From positions 25,281 to 89,280 of the forward strand of contig SCTR01000007.1 in NCBI GenBank assembly GCA_004297305.1: a stretch of 64,000 bases of DNA, in the 5' to 3' direction. The notes under the pieces are model-generated. The model ran no database searches. It was not told the DNA's origin and was given only the letters and a program-made list of their open reading frames with translations. The position numbers were made by a program, and so were the translations under genes. The stretch comes from Actinomycetota bacterium (lineage in GTDB: Bacteria > Actinomycetota > Actinomycetes > S36-B12 > FW305-bin1). How positions within the stretch are numbered: the first letter of the stretch is position 1; the number at the start of each line of letters is the position of its first letter. Shown here one piece after another: positions 38,701-47,435 of the stretch.

Positions 38701-39094
38701 GAAGCCAGGGCGGGCCTTGCGGCAGCGAGCAGCGGACAAGGCAGCTGCGGACAACACCGTCGCCGATCCGATAGGGCTGTCCGGCTCCGATGACACCGCG
38801 GACGGGCTTGAGGTGGCGGGACTCTCGGCAGCCGCCGAGGCCGAGCCGGGACGCTCGCTCTCGGTCAGTCGTTTCTTTGGCTCCGTCGGCGTCGATCCTG
38901 AGCGATACAACCGGGACTTCGCCCGCGTGGGGCAGGAGATCTTGCAGCACCTCGCTGCTGTCCCGGGAGTTGAGCTGACGGTCACGATCGAGATCCACGC
39001 CACGGCGACCGAGGGCTTCAGCCCTGAGACAGTCCGCGTTGTGGGGGAAAATGCAACGACCTTGAAGTTCAAGGCAAGCGGATTCGATGACTAA
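35750..39094 (+). CDS. Swt1-like HEPN domain fused to a DUF499 P-loop ATPase
   Basis: The N-terminus has DPRFLLKILTEEWRAFGQEL...ELRDVGNRLAHGESFS (HEPN R-x4-H). It is followed by PWREVITPHPDV...NLQTNFGGGKTHSMLAVYHL (DUF499 Walker A) and a long C-terminal region. Confidence 0.85.
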   Translation: MALSNRDRIDRGLQALVLGVRPFVDQHMGAAAKGADWVALLTARDAAKHGTVKKNSPDDPRFLLKILTEEWRAFGQELSRVDQSYASELRDVGNRLAHGESFSADDTTRALDTIERLLTSVGAPDQADAVRTLRLDHQRDVFEAQTKKTVRAAVGTVNTPGTGLKPWREVITPHPDVTAGQFNAAEFAADLHQVSTGETTQQEYADPREFFARTYLTEGLKDLLGRAVQRLSGDLNASPVVNLQTNFGGGKTHSMLAVYHLVAGLPASAYPQPVQEIVGPVKLDELNVRRVTLVGTHLAPNQPRVKEDGTAVRTLWGELAWQLGGRTAYDVVADADRSGTPPGDALTGLLREHAPVLILIDEWVAYARGLSDDEDLAGGRFDNQFTFAQHLTEAVSAIPGAMLLVSIPASDTLDAGGGGSAIEVGGERGRRALMALQNVVGRKADHWRPASSIESFEIVRRRLFAEPDAAARTEIAAVARQVVQFYREHHGQFPREAEESAYEDRLKAAYPIHPELFDRLYHDWSTLERFQRTRGVLRLMSIVIHELWRSGDASPLITPGTIPLHAPLVASELTNYLPDAWRPIIDSDIDGEGSDAVRIDASRPGTFGARSLTRRIARTIFLDTAATLNSDHRGVERPRIWLGVAIPGDTLGNFGSALELLSQESTYLYSEAARYWFSTAASVTRTAADIADRLREEPEAVWKEILDRVKVLVRDRGGFAGVHVGPVSSADVPDLEEVRLVVVHPRMRHAKNEKESEALRFARDATLRVGSAQRRNRNMVVFVAADGQRYEELDSAVRAFLSWKQIADQATEMDLTPSQKAQADSRRRQADEDARNRLAATYTWTFVPTQDPQSPPEVAVVPVKDGQGGLAERVTTKLVREGLLATTYGAFSARMALDGPLSTAWAAGHVSVGELWSLYTQYPYLDRLRDRSVLESALLSPPILWEQEGFAWAASVDDGGRYVGLVLPSDETVPSSLPDSWLVVKPGRALRQRAADKAAADNTVADPIGLSGSDDTADGLEVAGLSAAAEAEPGRSLSVSRFFGSVGVDPERYNRDFARVGQEILQHLAAVPGVELTVTIEIHATATEGFSPETVRVVGENATTLKFKASGFDD

Positions 39095-39142
39095 TAGCGC
39101 GCCACAGTGTCGACGATGTGACGGCTGCACGAGGGGGAGGGC

Positions 39143-40682
39143 ATGGACGAAACCGCTCGGTTCTTGATCAGGTCAATACTGGCGGAGAACCCAGGACTGT
39201 CCGCGTTCGAGATATCGACGCAGCTCGCCGCCCACGGTATCCGGCTGAGGTCGCACCAGATCAAGCTGGAGCTGGAGGGCATGACAGATGCGACCGCCGC
39301 GCGCCGGCCTGATCATCGACAGGCCTGGTCGGTGCGGTCTGGCGCAGCGGGAATCCAACCGCATCACGACTCGCTGAATGATGATTGGGAGGTCACCTAT
39401 CGCGGACCGGAGTTGCGCCGCTGGCAGATCCGAGCGCTCCGCTCCTGGCGGGCGGCGGACCGGCGCGGAGTTATCGAGGCGATCACCGGTACGGGGAAGT
39501 CCCTTGTCGGCATCAAGGCGGTCGAGGAGGTCGTGCGCGACGGAGGGCGGGCATTGGTGGTCGTGCCCGGCGTCGCCCTCCTTCAGCAATGGCGACGCGG
39601 GCTCGAGGCGGAAATTCGCGGCATCCGGATCGCAGCGCTCGGGGACGGAGCGTCGGCGACGTTCTACGACAATGACGTCCTCATCGCATCCGTCCAATCC
39701 GGGTATCGCCATCGACCCGTCCCTCCCGGACTGGGTCTGCTGGTCGCCGACGAGGTGCATAGGTATGGCGCGCCCACGTTCGCACAGGTGCTGTCAGATC
39801 GATTCGATCGACGGTTAGGGCTGACCGGGACCTACGAGCGGATTGACGACGGAATCACCACCTGGCTCGATCCGTACTTTGGTGGAGTGGCATTCGAGTA
39901 TCGATACGCAGATGCCCTTCTCGACAAGGTCGTGGCACCGTTCCACCTCGCTATGGTCGGCGTCAGTTTCACGGACATCGAGCGATCGGAGCACGACCGC
40001 TTCGACAAGGAATGTAAGGACACCGCCACGGCTCTCATCGAGATGCACGGATATCCAAGGGCACCATGGAGTGCGTTCTTTGAGGCCGTCCAATCGGGGG
40101 CCGCCAGTCCAGATTGGAACGAAGCTCAGATCTGTCGACGGCACCTCGCGGCGTTCATGCGACGAAAGGAGCTGCTGGCCGCCGCCGTGGCCAAGTCCCG
40201 CATCCTCAAGGAAATCGGCATCGCTTGGATCGAGGCCGGTCAGGCATTGGTTTTCACTGAGACGGTGTCAGCAGCCAAGAACGCCGCCGCCGCCATCGGC
40301 GAATTCACCCCGGCCGCAGCTCTCACCGGCGACATAACTCGGCGGAGCCGAGAGATGGCGCTTCGGCGCAGGGCGAGTCCAGGTTCTGACCGCTCCGCGG
40401 CTCCTGGACGAAGGTATCGACGTCCCCGAAGCCAGCCTGGCGGTCATCGTCGCAGCCAGCCGGACGCGACGCCAGATGGTGCAGCGCATGGGGCGGGTTA
40501 TCAGGCTGAAGGACGACGGCCGGCCTGCTCGCGTGCTGGTCCTCTACGTGAAGGACACGCCGGAGGACCCTGTCCTTGGCGGGCACGAGGCCTTCCTCGC
40601 AGAGGTCATTCCACATGCACAAAGTACAGTCACCTTTGACGAGAATATGGTTCGGAGCGTCCAAGCGTGGTTGAGGAGCTGA
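39143..40682 (+). pseudogene. wHTH + SF2 (ResIII/XPB-like) DEAD/DEAH helicase, frameshifted between motifs IV and V
   Basis: ORF 39143..40639 carries RRWQIRALRSW...AITGTGKSLVG, LLVADEVHRYG and GLTGTYER, then degenerates into R/P/G-rich sequence after ...AALTGDIT. The +1 frame, open from 40335 to stop 40682, reads ...FGAGRVQVLTAPRLLDEGIDVPEASLAVIVAASRTRRQMVQRMGRVIRLK..., which is helicase motifs V and VI. Confidence 0.8.
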
Positions 40683-40910
40683 GCCGCCGCCGGTGGAGCG
40701 TCCACGGTGGCTGCCCATGCACGCGAACTGCCGTGCTGACCGGTCCTTGACACCGCACCACCGGAAGTCGACTATCGCGGTTGACGATCCCGTCCGAGAT
40801 CGCCAGCGTGCCAAATGGGCGACACCGAGGCCTCGGCGCGACGCCCGACCGGGTTCTCGGTCGTGGGGTACGCCGCCAGCCGGTGCTTGCCAGGTTGAGG
40901 AGGACGTGCG

Positions 40911-41627
40911 ATGGACCTGCGTTCGCTCGAGCGGGATGGCGTGCTGACGTCGAACCTGCGATACCGCATCACGAACCTGTTCGGGGATGTCGAGGCGAAC
41001 GCTCCTGGCCCACAGGTTTTCCGCGTTGAGCAGGGTGCGGGCCAGACGACGGCGCCGCACTATCACGCAGTCCCACAGTTCCAGGTCCTCGACGGTCGTC
41101 CTGGCCGGTTCGGTCGTGCCGAGGTGTCCGCACCGACGATCCACTATGCGGATCCGTGGACGACGTACGGCCCGATCGTCGGCGGCGACGCCGGCCTCAG
41201 CTACTTCACCGCTCGGATGGCCTCGGACACCGGTGCCCATTTCATGCCGGAGTCCCGGCACGAGAAGCCGCAGCGTTCCGGACGCCACTTCACCGTCTCA
41301 CTCGCGCCGGCCGACGCCGGCGAGGCGCAGGAAGGCGCCGTTCTGGACGTCCTGATCGAGGCGCAGCCGGACGGGCTCGCTGCCTACCGGGTCCGGCTTG
41401 CGCCCGGCAACGGCATCGAGTTGCCCGCGTGCACCGGGATCGGTCGGCTCGTCGCGGTGGTGTCCGGATCGCTGGTCGACGCCGGCCGGGAGTTCGGGCT
41501 CTGGTCGTGGGGATACGCCGCCACAGTCGACGACCGTGCGATCAGTGCCGGCTCCGACGGCGCGACGGTGCTGTGCCTGGACTATCCCGCCGCCGGTGCG
41601 CAGGCGACACCGCGGTCCGCAGCCTGA
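40911..41627 (+). CDS. Cupin-domain protein (function unknown)
   Basis: ATG 40911 follows GAGGAGGA. The pattern ...GAGQTTAPHYHAVPQFQVLDG... is cupin-like (G-x5-H-x-H). Assignment is by motif only. Confidence 0.55.
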   Translation: MDLRSLERDGVLTSNLRYRITNLFGDVEANAPGPQVFRVEQGAGQTTAPHYHAVPQFQVLDGRPGRFGRAEVSAPTIHYADPWTTYGPIVGGDAGLSYFTARMASDTGAHFMPESRHEKPQRSGRHFTVSLAPADAGEAQEGAVLDVLIEAQPDGLAAYRVRLAPGNGIELPACTGIGRLVAVVSGSLVDAGREFGLWSWGYAATVDDRAISAGSDGATVLCLDYPAAGAQATPRSAA

Positions 41628-41688
41628 CGTCGCAGACCTCGCCCCCGTGCTGACGTCCCTGGCTCGTTGCGTTGACATCGCTGAGTCG

Positions 41689-41719
41689 ACGCGGGTGACG
41701 TCGCAGACGTCACCCGCGT
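41689..41719. terminator. Strong hairpin between convergent genes (14-bp perfect stem, 3-nt loop)
   Basis: ACGCGGGTGACGTC-gca-GACGTCACCCGCGT, lying between the cupin gene (+) and the adenylating-enzyme gene (-). Confidence 0.7.
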
Positions 41720-41814
41720 GCCCAGAAAGTCGTTGCCCTCGCCTCGTTATTGTGACGTCGCCGCCCTGACCTCTCGGCCGGAAGGCGCCTACCGCCCGGG
41801 CTCCATGGCGCAGC

Positions 41815-43134
41815 TCAGCTGATCGCCTCCCGGACGTAAGCGTCGACTGACGCCGCACAGGTGAGCTTGTCGTCGCCGGCCGCGGAACCGGCGCCGTACC
41901 GGGTCACGTTGTCCTCGATCGTCGGGCCGTTCCGCCCGCAGGAGCACCGCCCGAAGTTGGCGTTGACCTTGTCCCCGGTGACCAGGCCGCCCCATCGTCC
42001 GCCGTAGACCGGATCGAAGAGCGCGAGTCGTCCGGTGACCTTGCCCTCCCCGGACAGCAGCTTTTCACCGCTCTCGTCGACGATGAGCATCTCGATCCAC
42101 GGTGGCCAGTGGTAGAAGCCGTCTTCGCACTTCTGCGCGTGCCCGGAGATCTCCGACATGCCGAACTGGTCGCACTGCCGGGCCGGGGCGAACCACTCCA
42201 GCACCTGCTCGCGGTAGTCATCGGGCAGGACGAGCCCCTTCGTCCCGCCGCCAAGCCCGAGCACGGTGTCCGGGTGCATGTCGCCGCGCTCGACGCCGCG
42301 GGCGCGCGCCGCCTCGACGAGCTGGTAGGCAAACGGCCACATTCCCAGCAGCAGCATCGGCTCGTCGTGATGGGCGATCACGATGTCGGCGAGCCGGCCC
42401 AGCGACGCGTTCATCCGGTCAGCGGCATCGGCACGAAGACCCTCGAACTCCTGGACCTCTTTGGGAGTGGCGGTGCTCGCCGCGATCATCGAACGCAGCG
42501 CAGCCATCCGGCTGAGATCGGCCAGCGGCACTGGCTCGTCGATCAGATAGTCGCCGCCCGGCTTGGCGAAGTAGCGCACGCGCGCCTGATGCATATAGAA
42601 GCCGCGGTAGCGGCCCTTCGCCGAGCGGCTCAGACTGATCACGATGCGGTCGTTGCGCAGCGGGACCTGATGGGGCCAGCCGAAGAGGCGCTGCGGGTTG
42701 TAGCCGATCTGTTCGATGTCGGCCGCGCTCTGGTCCAGGAACGAGCTCTTGCCGGACGTCCCGCTCGACGCGACGACGAAGTGCCCGGCGGCGGCAAGCC
42801 GGTCCAGCCACTCGTCGACGTCCTTGATGCCCTCGAGATCGACCTCGCCACCGTCGACGGCGGACAACGTGGTCAGCCACGTCGTCATCCGGTCCCAACG
42901 TCCTTGCTTCACGAACGACTCGGGATAGCTCTTGTACGTGGTGTGCGAGAACAGCAAGGGCACGATGTCATCACGACTGCGGATGGCGTCGATCCCGGTC
43001 TCGGCGGCTCGCCGGCCGAGGACGGGGATCTTCTCCCGGTGCTCCTGGAATCGCTCGGCCATCGCCGCCAGCCGAAGCTGCGCGACCTCGGGGCCGTTGG
43101 CCGCGTAAGGGTCGTCGAGTTCGATCAGTTCCAT
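41815..43134 (-). CDS. LuxE/PaaK-like adenylate-forming enzyme (acyl-protein synthetase / F390-synthetase-like)
   Basis: ORF 41815..43275; the likely start is ATG 43134 (MELIELDDPYAANG...). It has an SSGTSGKSSF nucleotide-binding motif, is about 440 aa long, and ends in a C-terminal ...GDDKLTCA region. The family call is approximate. Confidence 0.6.
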   Translation of the reverse strand: MELIELDDPYAANGPEVAQLRLAAMAERFQEHREKIPVLGRRAAETGIDAIRSRDDIVPLLFSHTTYKSYPESFVKQGRWDRMTTWLTTLSAVDGGEVDLEGIKDVDEWLDRLAAAGHFVVASSGTSGKSSFLDQSAADIEQIGYNPQRLFGWPHQVPLRNDRIVISLSRSAKGRYRGFYMHQARVRYFAKPGGDYLIDEPVPLADLSRMAALRSMIAASTATPKEVQEFEGLRADAADRMNASLGRLADIVIAHHDEPMLLLGMWPFAYQLVEAARARGVERGDMHPDTVLGLGGGTKGLVLPDDYREQVLEWFAPARQCDQFGMSEISGHAQKCEDGFYHWPPWIEMLIVDESGEKLLSGEGKVTGRLALFDPVYGGRWGGLVTGDKVNANFGRCSCGRNGPTIEDNVTRYGAGSAAGDDKLTCAASVDAYVREAIS

Positions 43135-43517
43135 CAGCGGTGTCAGTGCGGAAATGACGATCAGCTCCTCGATGCGGCAGCGGCGACGATCGCGGACGAC
43201 CGCGCCAGAGGCAGAACTGCCCGCCAGCGTAGCCGAACTGCATGCAGCCTGATAGGCCGGATCCAGTTGTGGCAAGCGCAGGATGGATCAACTCGTCTGT
43301 TGCGACTAACTATCTGGGCTGAGAACTTGCGGACGCGCGCCGATGGGCTTGCCCCGGGGTCGCGGCGCCTTGCCCGCGGCCGCTCGATGGGCCGCCTGCC
43401 CGTGCCCGCCGCGCGGGCCGCAGCCGCCTGGGCCGTGGCCGCCCCGATGCGGCCACCAGCCGCTTGCCGCCTGGCCCGCGGCCGGCGCGGTGGACACCGG
43501 TATCTATCGTCGGTGCC

Positions 43518-43685
43518 ATGGCGGCAGACGAGGGCGGTGAGTCGGCCTGCTGGCTGGATCGGATCTGCCCGGTCTGCGGCGCGTACCTCGCGACGGGCCC
43601 CGGCTCACCAGCCACGCCGTGCCCGCGCTGTGGCGACGCCGGGGCGCCGCCGCCGCCCGGCGACCGCCCGCCGGACCGATCCTGA
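43518..43685 (+). CDS. Small zinc-ribbon protein (55 aa)
   Basis: From ATG 43518: MAADEGGESACWLDRICPVCGAYL...TPCPRCGDAG, with two CxxC pairs. It is convergent with the large nuclease-helicase gene. Confidence 0.35.
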   Translation: MAADEGGESACWLDRICPVCGAYLATGPGSPATPCPRCGDAGAPPPPGDRPPDRS

Positions 43686-43701
43686 GCGGCGGCCGGCAGC
43701 G

Positions 43702-46700
43702 TCATCGAGCGCGGACCGGGCCGCCCTGGTGTGGCGGCTGGGCGGCAGGATCAGGTGGTGCGCCATCGAGCGCACGCAGGAACGCCCCGAGCTCCTCGAC
43801 CTCGGCCGGGCGGCCGGGCAGGTGATCGGCGAGCCGGGGGGAGTACACGGCCAGGGCACACCATTGCCCTCGCGACAGCGCGACATTGAGCCGGTTGCGA
43901 TCCAGCAGGAACGACAATCCCCGGGGCGCGTCGTCCGCTGACGACGCCGTCATCGACACGACGACCACGGCCGCCTGCTGGCCCTGGAATCGATCCACCG
44001 TCCCTACGCGGACGCCGTCGATGCCGGCCCGGTGGAGCGCCTCGGCGATGAGCGCGACCTGCGCGTTGTAGGGCGCGACGACGAGGACGTCCGCCGGTTC
44101 CAGGGGCCGGGCAGGCAGGTCGGCCGCCGGCGTCCAGGCGCGCCCGAGCAGCTCGCGGATCCGCGCCACCACCTCGGCGGCCTCCTCCGTCGAGGCCACT
44201 GCGTTCCCGTGGTGCTCGACGGGTACGGCGTGAACTCCCGGCGCCACCCCGGCCAGGTGACGGTCGCTGGTGCAGGCCGCGGCCTGCAGCAAGCCGTCGT
44301 ACGACAGCCGCGACACCACCGCGCACAGCTGCGGATGCATCCGCCAGGTCTGCGCCAGGAAGTAGCCGAACTCGTCAGGCAACGTGTCGTGCCCGTGGTT
44401 GAGCCAGCCGAGCGCCGAGCCGTCGACCGGCTCGGGATGGATTCCCTGGCTGACCTGCGGCAGCTGCTGCGGGTCGCCGAGCAGCAGCACGTTGCGCGCC
44501 GCGCAGGCGGCGGCGACGGTGTTGGCCAGCGAGAACTGGCCGGCTTCGTCGACGACGAGCAGGTCCAGCTCGTCGGGGGGCCGCCGCTTGGCGTTGACGA
44601 AGTCCCACGTCGTACCGCCGACGACGTAACCGCGGGCCTGCGCGGCGTAGAACGCGGCGAAACTCTTGTCGTCCACCGAGGTCCAGGGGCAGGTCGCCGC
44701 GTTCCCCTTGCTCCCCGGCTTCTTGGCGATGGCCGACTCCGGGACGCCGGCGGCCGCCACGCCGCGCAGCAGGTTCTCCACGACGGCGTGCGACTGCGCG
44801 ACAACCCCGATCCGCCAGCCGGCGGCGACCAGAGCAGCGATCACCCGCGCGCCGGTGTACGTCTTGCCGGTCCCGGGCGGCCCTTGCACGGCCAGGTACG
44901 ACCGATCCAGGTCGAGCAGGGCAGCCACGATGGTGTCGGCGATCGGCTCACGGCCGCTCGCGGTGGGCAGCGCCGAGCCGCTGCGGGTACGCGGCCGCTG
45001 CCGTCGAAGCAGGTCCAGTGCCGCACCCGCGGGGAGCTCGGGAAGGCCGGCGGCGACTGCGGTGGCCAGCGTCTGGATGGCCGCGGTGATCCCCTTGGTC
45101 TGCGGCGGCGCGCCGGGGGACAGCGCCATGGGCAGCGCGTCGTGACCGACGTGTCCCGTCGGCACGGTCTCCTCGACTCGCACCAGGTCGCGGGGAACGG
45201 CACCGGTGACGTCTGCGGTCACCTCGGTGATCAAGACCTCGCGGTACCCGCGGCCACCGCCGACGGCCACCTGCAGGGTGGGCGGCACCGGCGGCTCGTA
45301 CAACGCGTACGCCTTGCCGCCGGCGCGCAGCTCACTGCCGGGCTCGAGTTGGCCGAGCAGTCGCAGCTGGCGACGTTCTGTCCGCTTGCCTGGCGGGATG
45401 TGCCAGTCGACGTCGACAGCCACCTCGTCGGCTACCAGCGTGCTGCGGCTGTCCGCCCACTCGTCCGGCGGCGACTGCAGCCGGTCGAAGTGGTACCACC
45501 AGAAGGGTTTGTCCTCACGCCAGTGGTACCCGACTGCTGCCGCGAGCAGGGCCACGGCCTGCTGGTCGGCGTCCCGCGGACCGCCACCGGGGTCGGCGTA
45601 CGCCAGCAGCGTCGCAACGACCGGATCGACGTCCCTGTCGTCCTCCTCGTCGCCGGCGGCAGTCAGCTGCGGCCGCGGAGTCGGCTGAACTCCTTGGGCC
45701 GCAGCGCGATCAAGCAGCCAGTCGCGCAGCCGCCGAGTGGATTCGCAGTCGTACTCGTTGTACGTCGCGATCTGCGACAGTCGCTGCTGCCAGCCGATGT
45801 CGTCGCCGGCCTCACGCAATTCACAAGCGTGGGCGTACTCGACGATCGAATCTGCTGCGGTCGTGACATCGCCGGCGCGGTGGACCGGCATGTACAGCGG
45901 CTCGAGTTGCTTGAGGGAGTAGGACCGCTGACCGGTCCGCAGGCTGCCGCGGACCGTGGCATAGAGGTCGACGAGCAGGCCGGAACGCAGCCAGTCGTCG
46001 ATGATCTGCTCGCCGGCGCCGTGCCGCCCGGCCAGCCGCAGCAGGGCAGTCCGTTCGTAGGACGCGTAGTGGTAGACGTGCATGTCCGGGAATTGCGCGC
46101 GGCGCTGCTCGACGTACCGGAGAAACTGCAGGAACGACGCCTTCTCCTGACCGCGGTCGTGGGCCCAGAACGCCCGGAACTCCGCAGCCGTGCCACCGGC
46201 CGGCGGTTCGACGACGCCGAGCAGGTACTCCAGCCCCCAGCCCTCGGCGTGGTCGGCGTCAGTGGCGTCCCACCAGAGTGGGTCGCCCTCGATGTCGAAG
46301 AAGATGTCGCCGTCGTCCGGTGGCGGCAAGGCTCCGACGGTCGCGGGCGAATAGAGGTCGAACACCGGCGCCGTCACCGGCTGACCACCGGGCAGTGGGT
46401 CTTGTCTGGCCTGCAAGATGGCCTGCTGCCGAAGGGAATCCAGCGCTGCGGCGCTGATGCCGTCCACCGGCCCGGCATGGCCGGCGAGGTCGTCCACGGT
46501 GCGGATCTCGGCAGCCCACAGCCGGGTGCGTTGGGTGCCTCGGATCCCCGCGACCAAAAGTACGTCGCGCGTCCGTTCGACGTCGACCCGGCAGTCGTCG
46601 CAGCGCCCACACGCCCGATGCCCGCCGCGGCCCCATCCGACGGCGGTTCCGCCGTCGCGGTGGTCGTCCAGTAGCTGCTCGAGGCGGGCCCGCCGGTGGC

Positions 46701-47310
46701 GGTAGACGGGGATGAGTTCGTGAACTCGGTGCGAGGTTGTGCTCCGGTCGCCCAGGATCAGGTGGACCTCGTCGGACACGGGGACGCCCGCGGCCAGCAG
46801 CTGATCGGCGTAGGCGGCCAGCTGCAGCAGCGCGGTGACCTTCGCCCGCCGGGCAAGTTTCGAGTCGTATACCGCGTACGCCTGGCCGTCGGAGGCGCGC
46901 ACGACGAAGTCGGCCCAGCCGCCGAACCGGCCGTCGAAGAAGCCGGCCTGGAACACCACGTCGGCTCCGGTGTGAAGGACGGCGATGGTCTCGGCGTGCT
47001 TCGCCGCGAGGGTGGCGCGCGTCTGCTGTCCGCGGGGCACCCGCTCGATACAGGCCACGCCGCGGCCGGTTGCCGGGTCCCAGGGTCCGTAGTCGGTGAG
47101 GTAACCCGTGAGTACGCGTGCCTCGTGGGCGTCGCCGAGCGTCGCGGTCCGGGCCAGCAGCGCGTCGTCCGCGACGGCGGTCGGCGCCGCGCGGCCCAGC
47201 AGGATGTCGAGCTGACGCAGCAGGGCGTACTCACACGTCGCTGCGGCCGCCAGGTCTGTCGGGCTGCAGACCAGGCCCCCGTCGTCGAGCAGATACACGC
47301 GGGTCATCAT
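43702..47310 (-). CDS. TM0106-type RecB-like nuclease fused to an SF1 (DNA2/NAM7, AAA_11/AAA_12) helicase
   Basis: ORF 43702..47505; the probable start is ATG 47310/47307 (MMTRVYLLDDGGLVCSPTDLAAAATCEYALL...). The PD-(D/E)xK region reads GGWADFVV...YAVYDSKLARRAKVTALLQLAAYADQL. The helicase region has VQGPPGTGKTYTG, LLVVDEAGQFSL, LLGDPQQLPQV and VGTVDRFQGQQAAVVVVS. Confidence 0.85.
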   Translation of the reverse strand: MMTRVYLLDDGGLVCSPTDLAAAATCEYALLRQLDILLGRAAPTAVADDALLARTATLGDAHEARVLTGYLTDYGPWDPATGRGVACIERVPRGQQTRATLAAKHAETIAVLHTGADVVFQAGFFDGRFGGWADFVVRASDGQAYAVYDSKLARRAKVTALLQLAAYADQLLAAGVPVSDEVHLILGDRSTTSHRVHELIPVYRHRRARLEQLLDDHRDGGTAVGWGRGGHRACGRCDDCRVDVERTRDVLLVAGIRGTQRTRLWAAEIRTVDDLAGHAGPVDGISAAALDSLRQQAILQARQDPLPGGQPVTAPVFDLYSPATVGALPPPDDGDIFFDIEGDPLWWDATDADHAEGWGLEYLLGVVEPPAGGTAAEFRAFWAHDRGQEKASFLQFLRYVEQRRAQFPDMHVYHYASYERTALLRLAGRHGAGEQIIDDWLRSGLLVDLYATVRGSLRTGQRSYSLKQLEPLYMPVHRAGDVTTAADSIVEYAHACELREAGDDIGWQQRLSQIATYNEYDCESTRRLRDWLLDRAAAQGVQPTPRPQLTAAGDEEDDRDVDPVVATLLAYADPGGGPRDADQQAVALLAAAVGYHWREDKPFWWYHFDRLQSPPDEWADSRSTLVADEVAVDVDWHIPPGKRTERRQLRLLGQLEPGSELRAGGKAYALYEPPVPPTLQVAVGGGRGYREVLITEVTADVTGAVPRDLVRVEETVPTGHVGHDALPMALSPGAPPQTKGITAAIQTLATAVAAGLPELPAGAALDLLRRQRPRTRSGSALPTASGREPIADTIVAALLDLDRSYLAVQGPPGTGKTYTGARVIAALVAAGWRIGVVAQSHAVVENLLRGVAAAGVPESAIAKKPGSKGNAATCPWTSVDDKSFAAFYAAQARGYVVGGTTWDFVNAKRRPPDELDLLVVDEAGQFSLANTVAAACAARNVLLLGDPQQLPQVSQGIHPEPVDGSALGWLNHGHDTLPDEFGYFLAQTWRMHPQLCAVVSRLSYDGLLQAAACTSDRHLAGVAPGVHAVPVEHHGNAVASTEEAAEVVARIRELLGRAWTPAADLPARPLEPADVLVVAPYNAQVALIAEALHRAGIDGVRVGTVDRFQGQQAAVVVVSMTASSADDAPRGLSFLLDRNRLNVALSRGQWCALAVYSPRLADHLPGRPAEVEELGAFLRALDGAPPDPAAQPPHQGGPVRAR

Positions 47311-47321
47311 GCCCAAGCCGA

Positions 47322-47435
47322 CCGACAGCCCACGAGCCGACCGAAAGCGCCACGAGCACAGCCAGCCGACGAGCACACCGTGGCCACGAGAGCGCAATCG
47401 GCCCACGAGCCCGCCGACAGTCCACGAGAGCGCAG
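47322..47435. repeat. Array of CCACGAG heptamers at ~19-bp spacing in the divergent intergenic region
   Basis: CCACGAG occurs at 47330, 47350, 47384, 47403 and 47422, with the variant CGACGAG at 47368. CCACGAGAGCGCA occurs twice. Confidence 0.8.

Noticed and set aside
41625-41760. TGACGTC motifs as CRP/cAMP-receptor binding sites
   Set aside because: The GTGA...TCAC halves around the hairpin are 11 nt apart rather than the 6-nt spacing of the actinobacterial CRP consensus (TGTGA-N6-TCACA). The dyad is better explained as a terminator hairpin.
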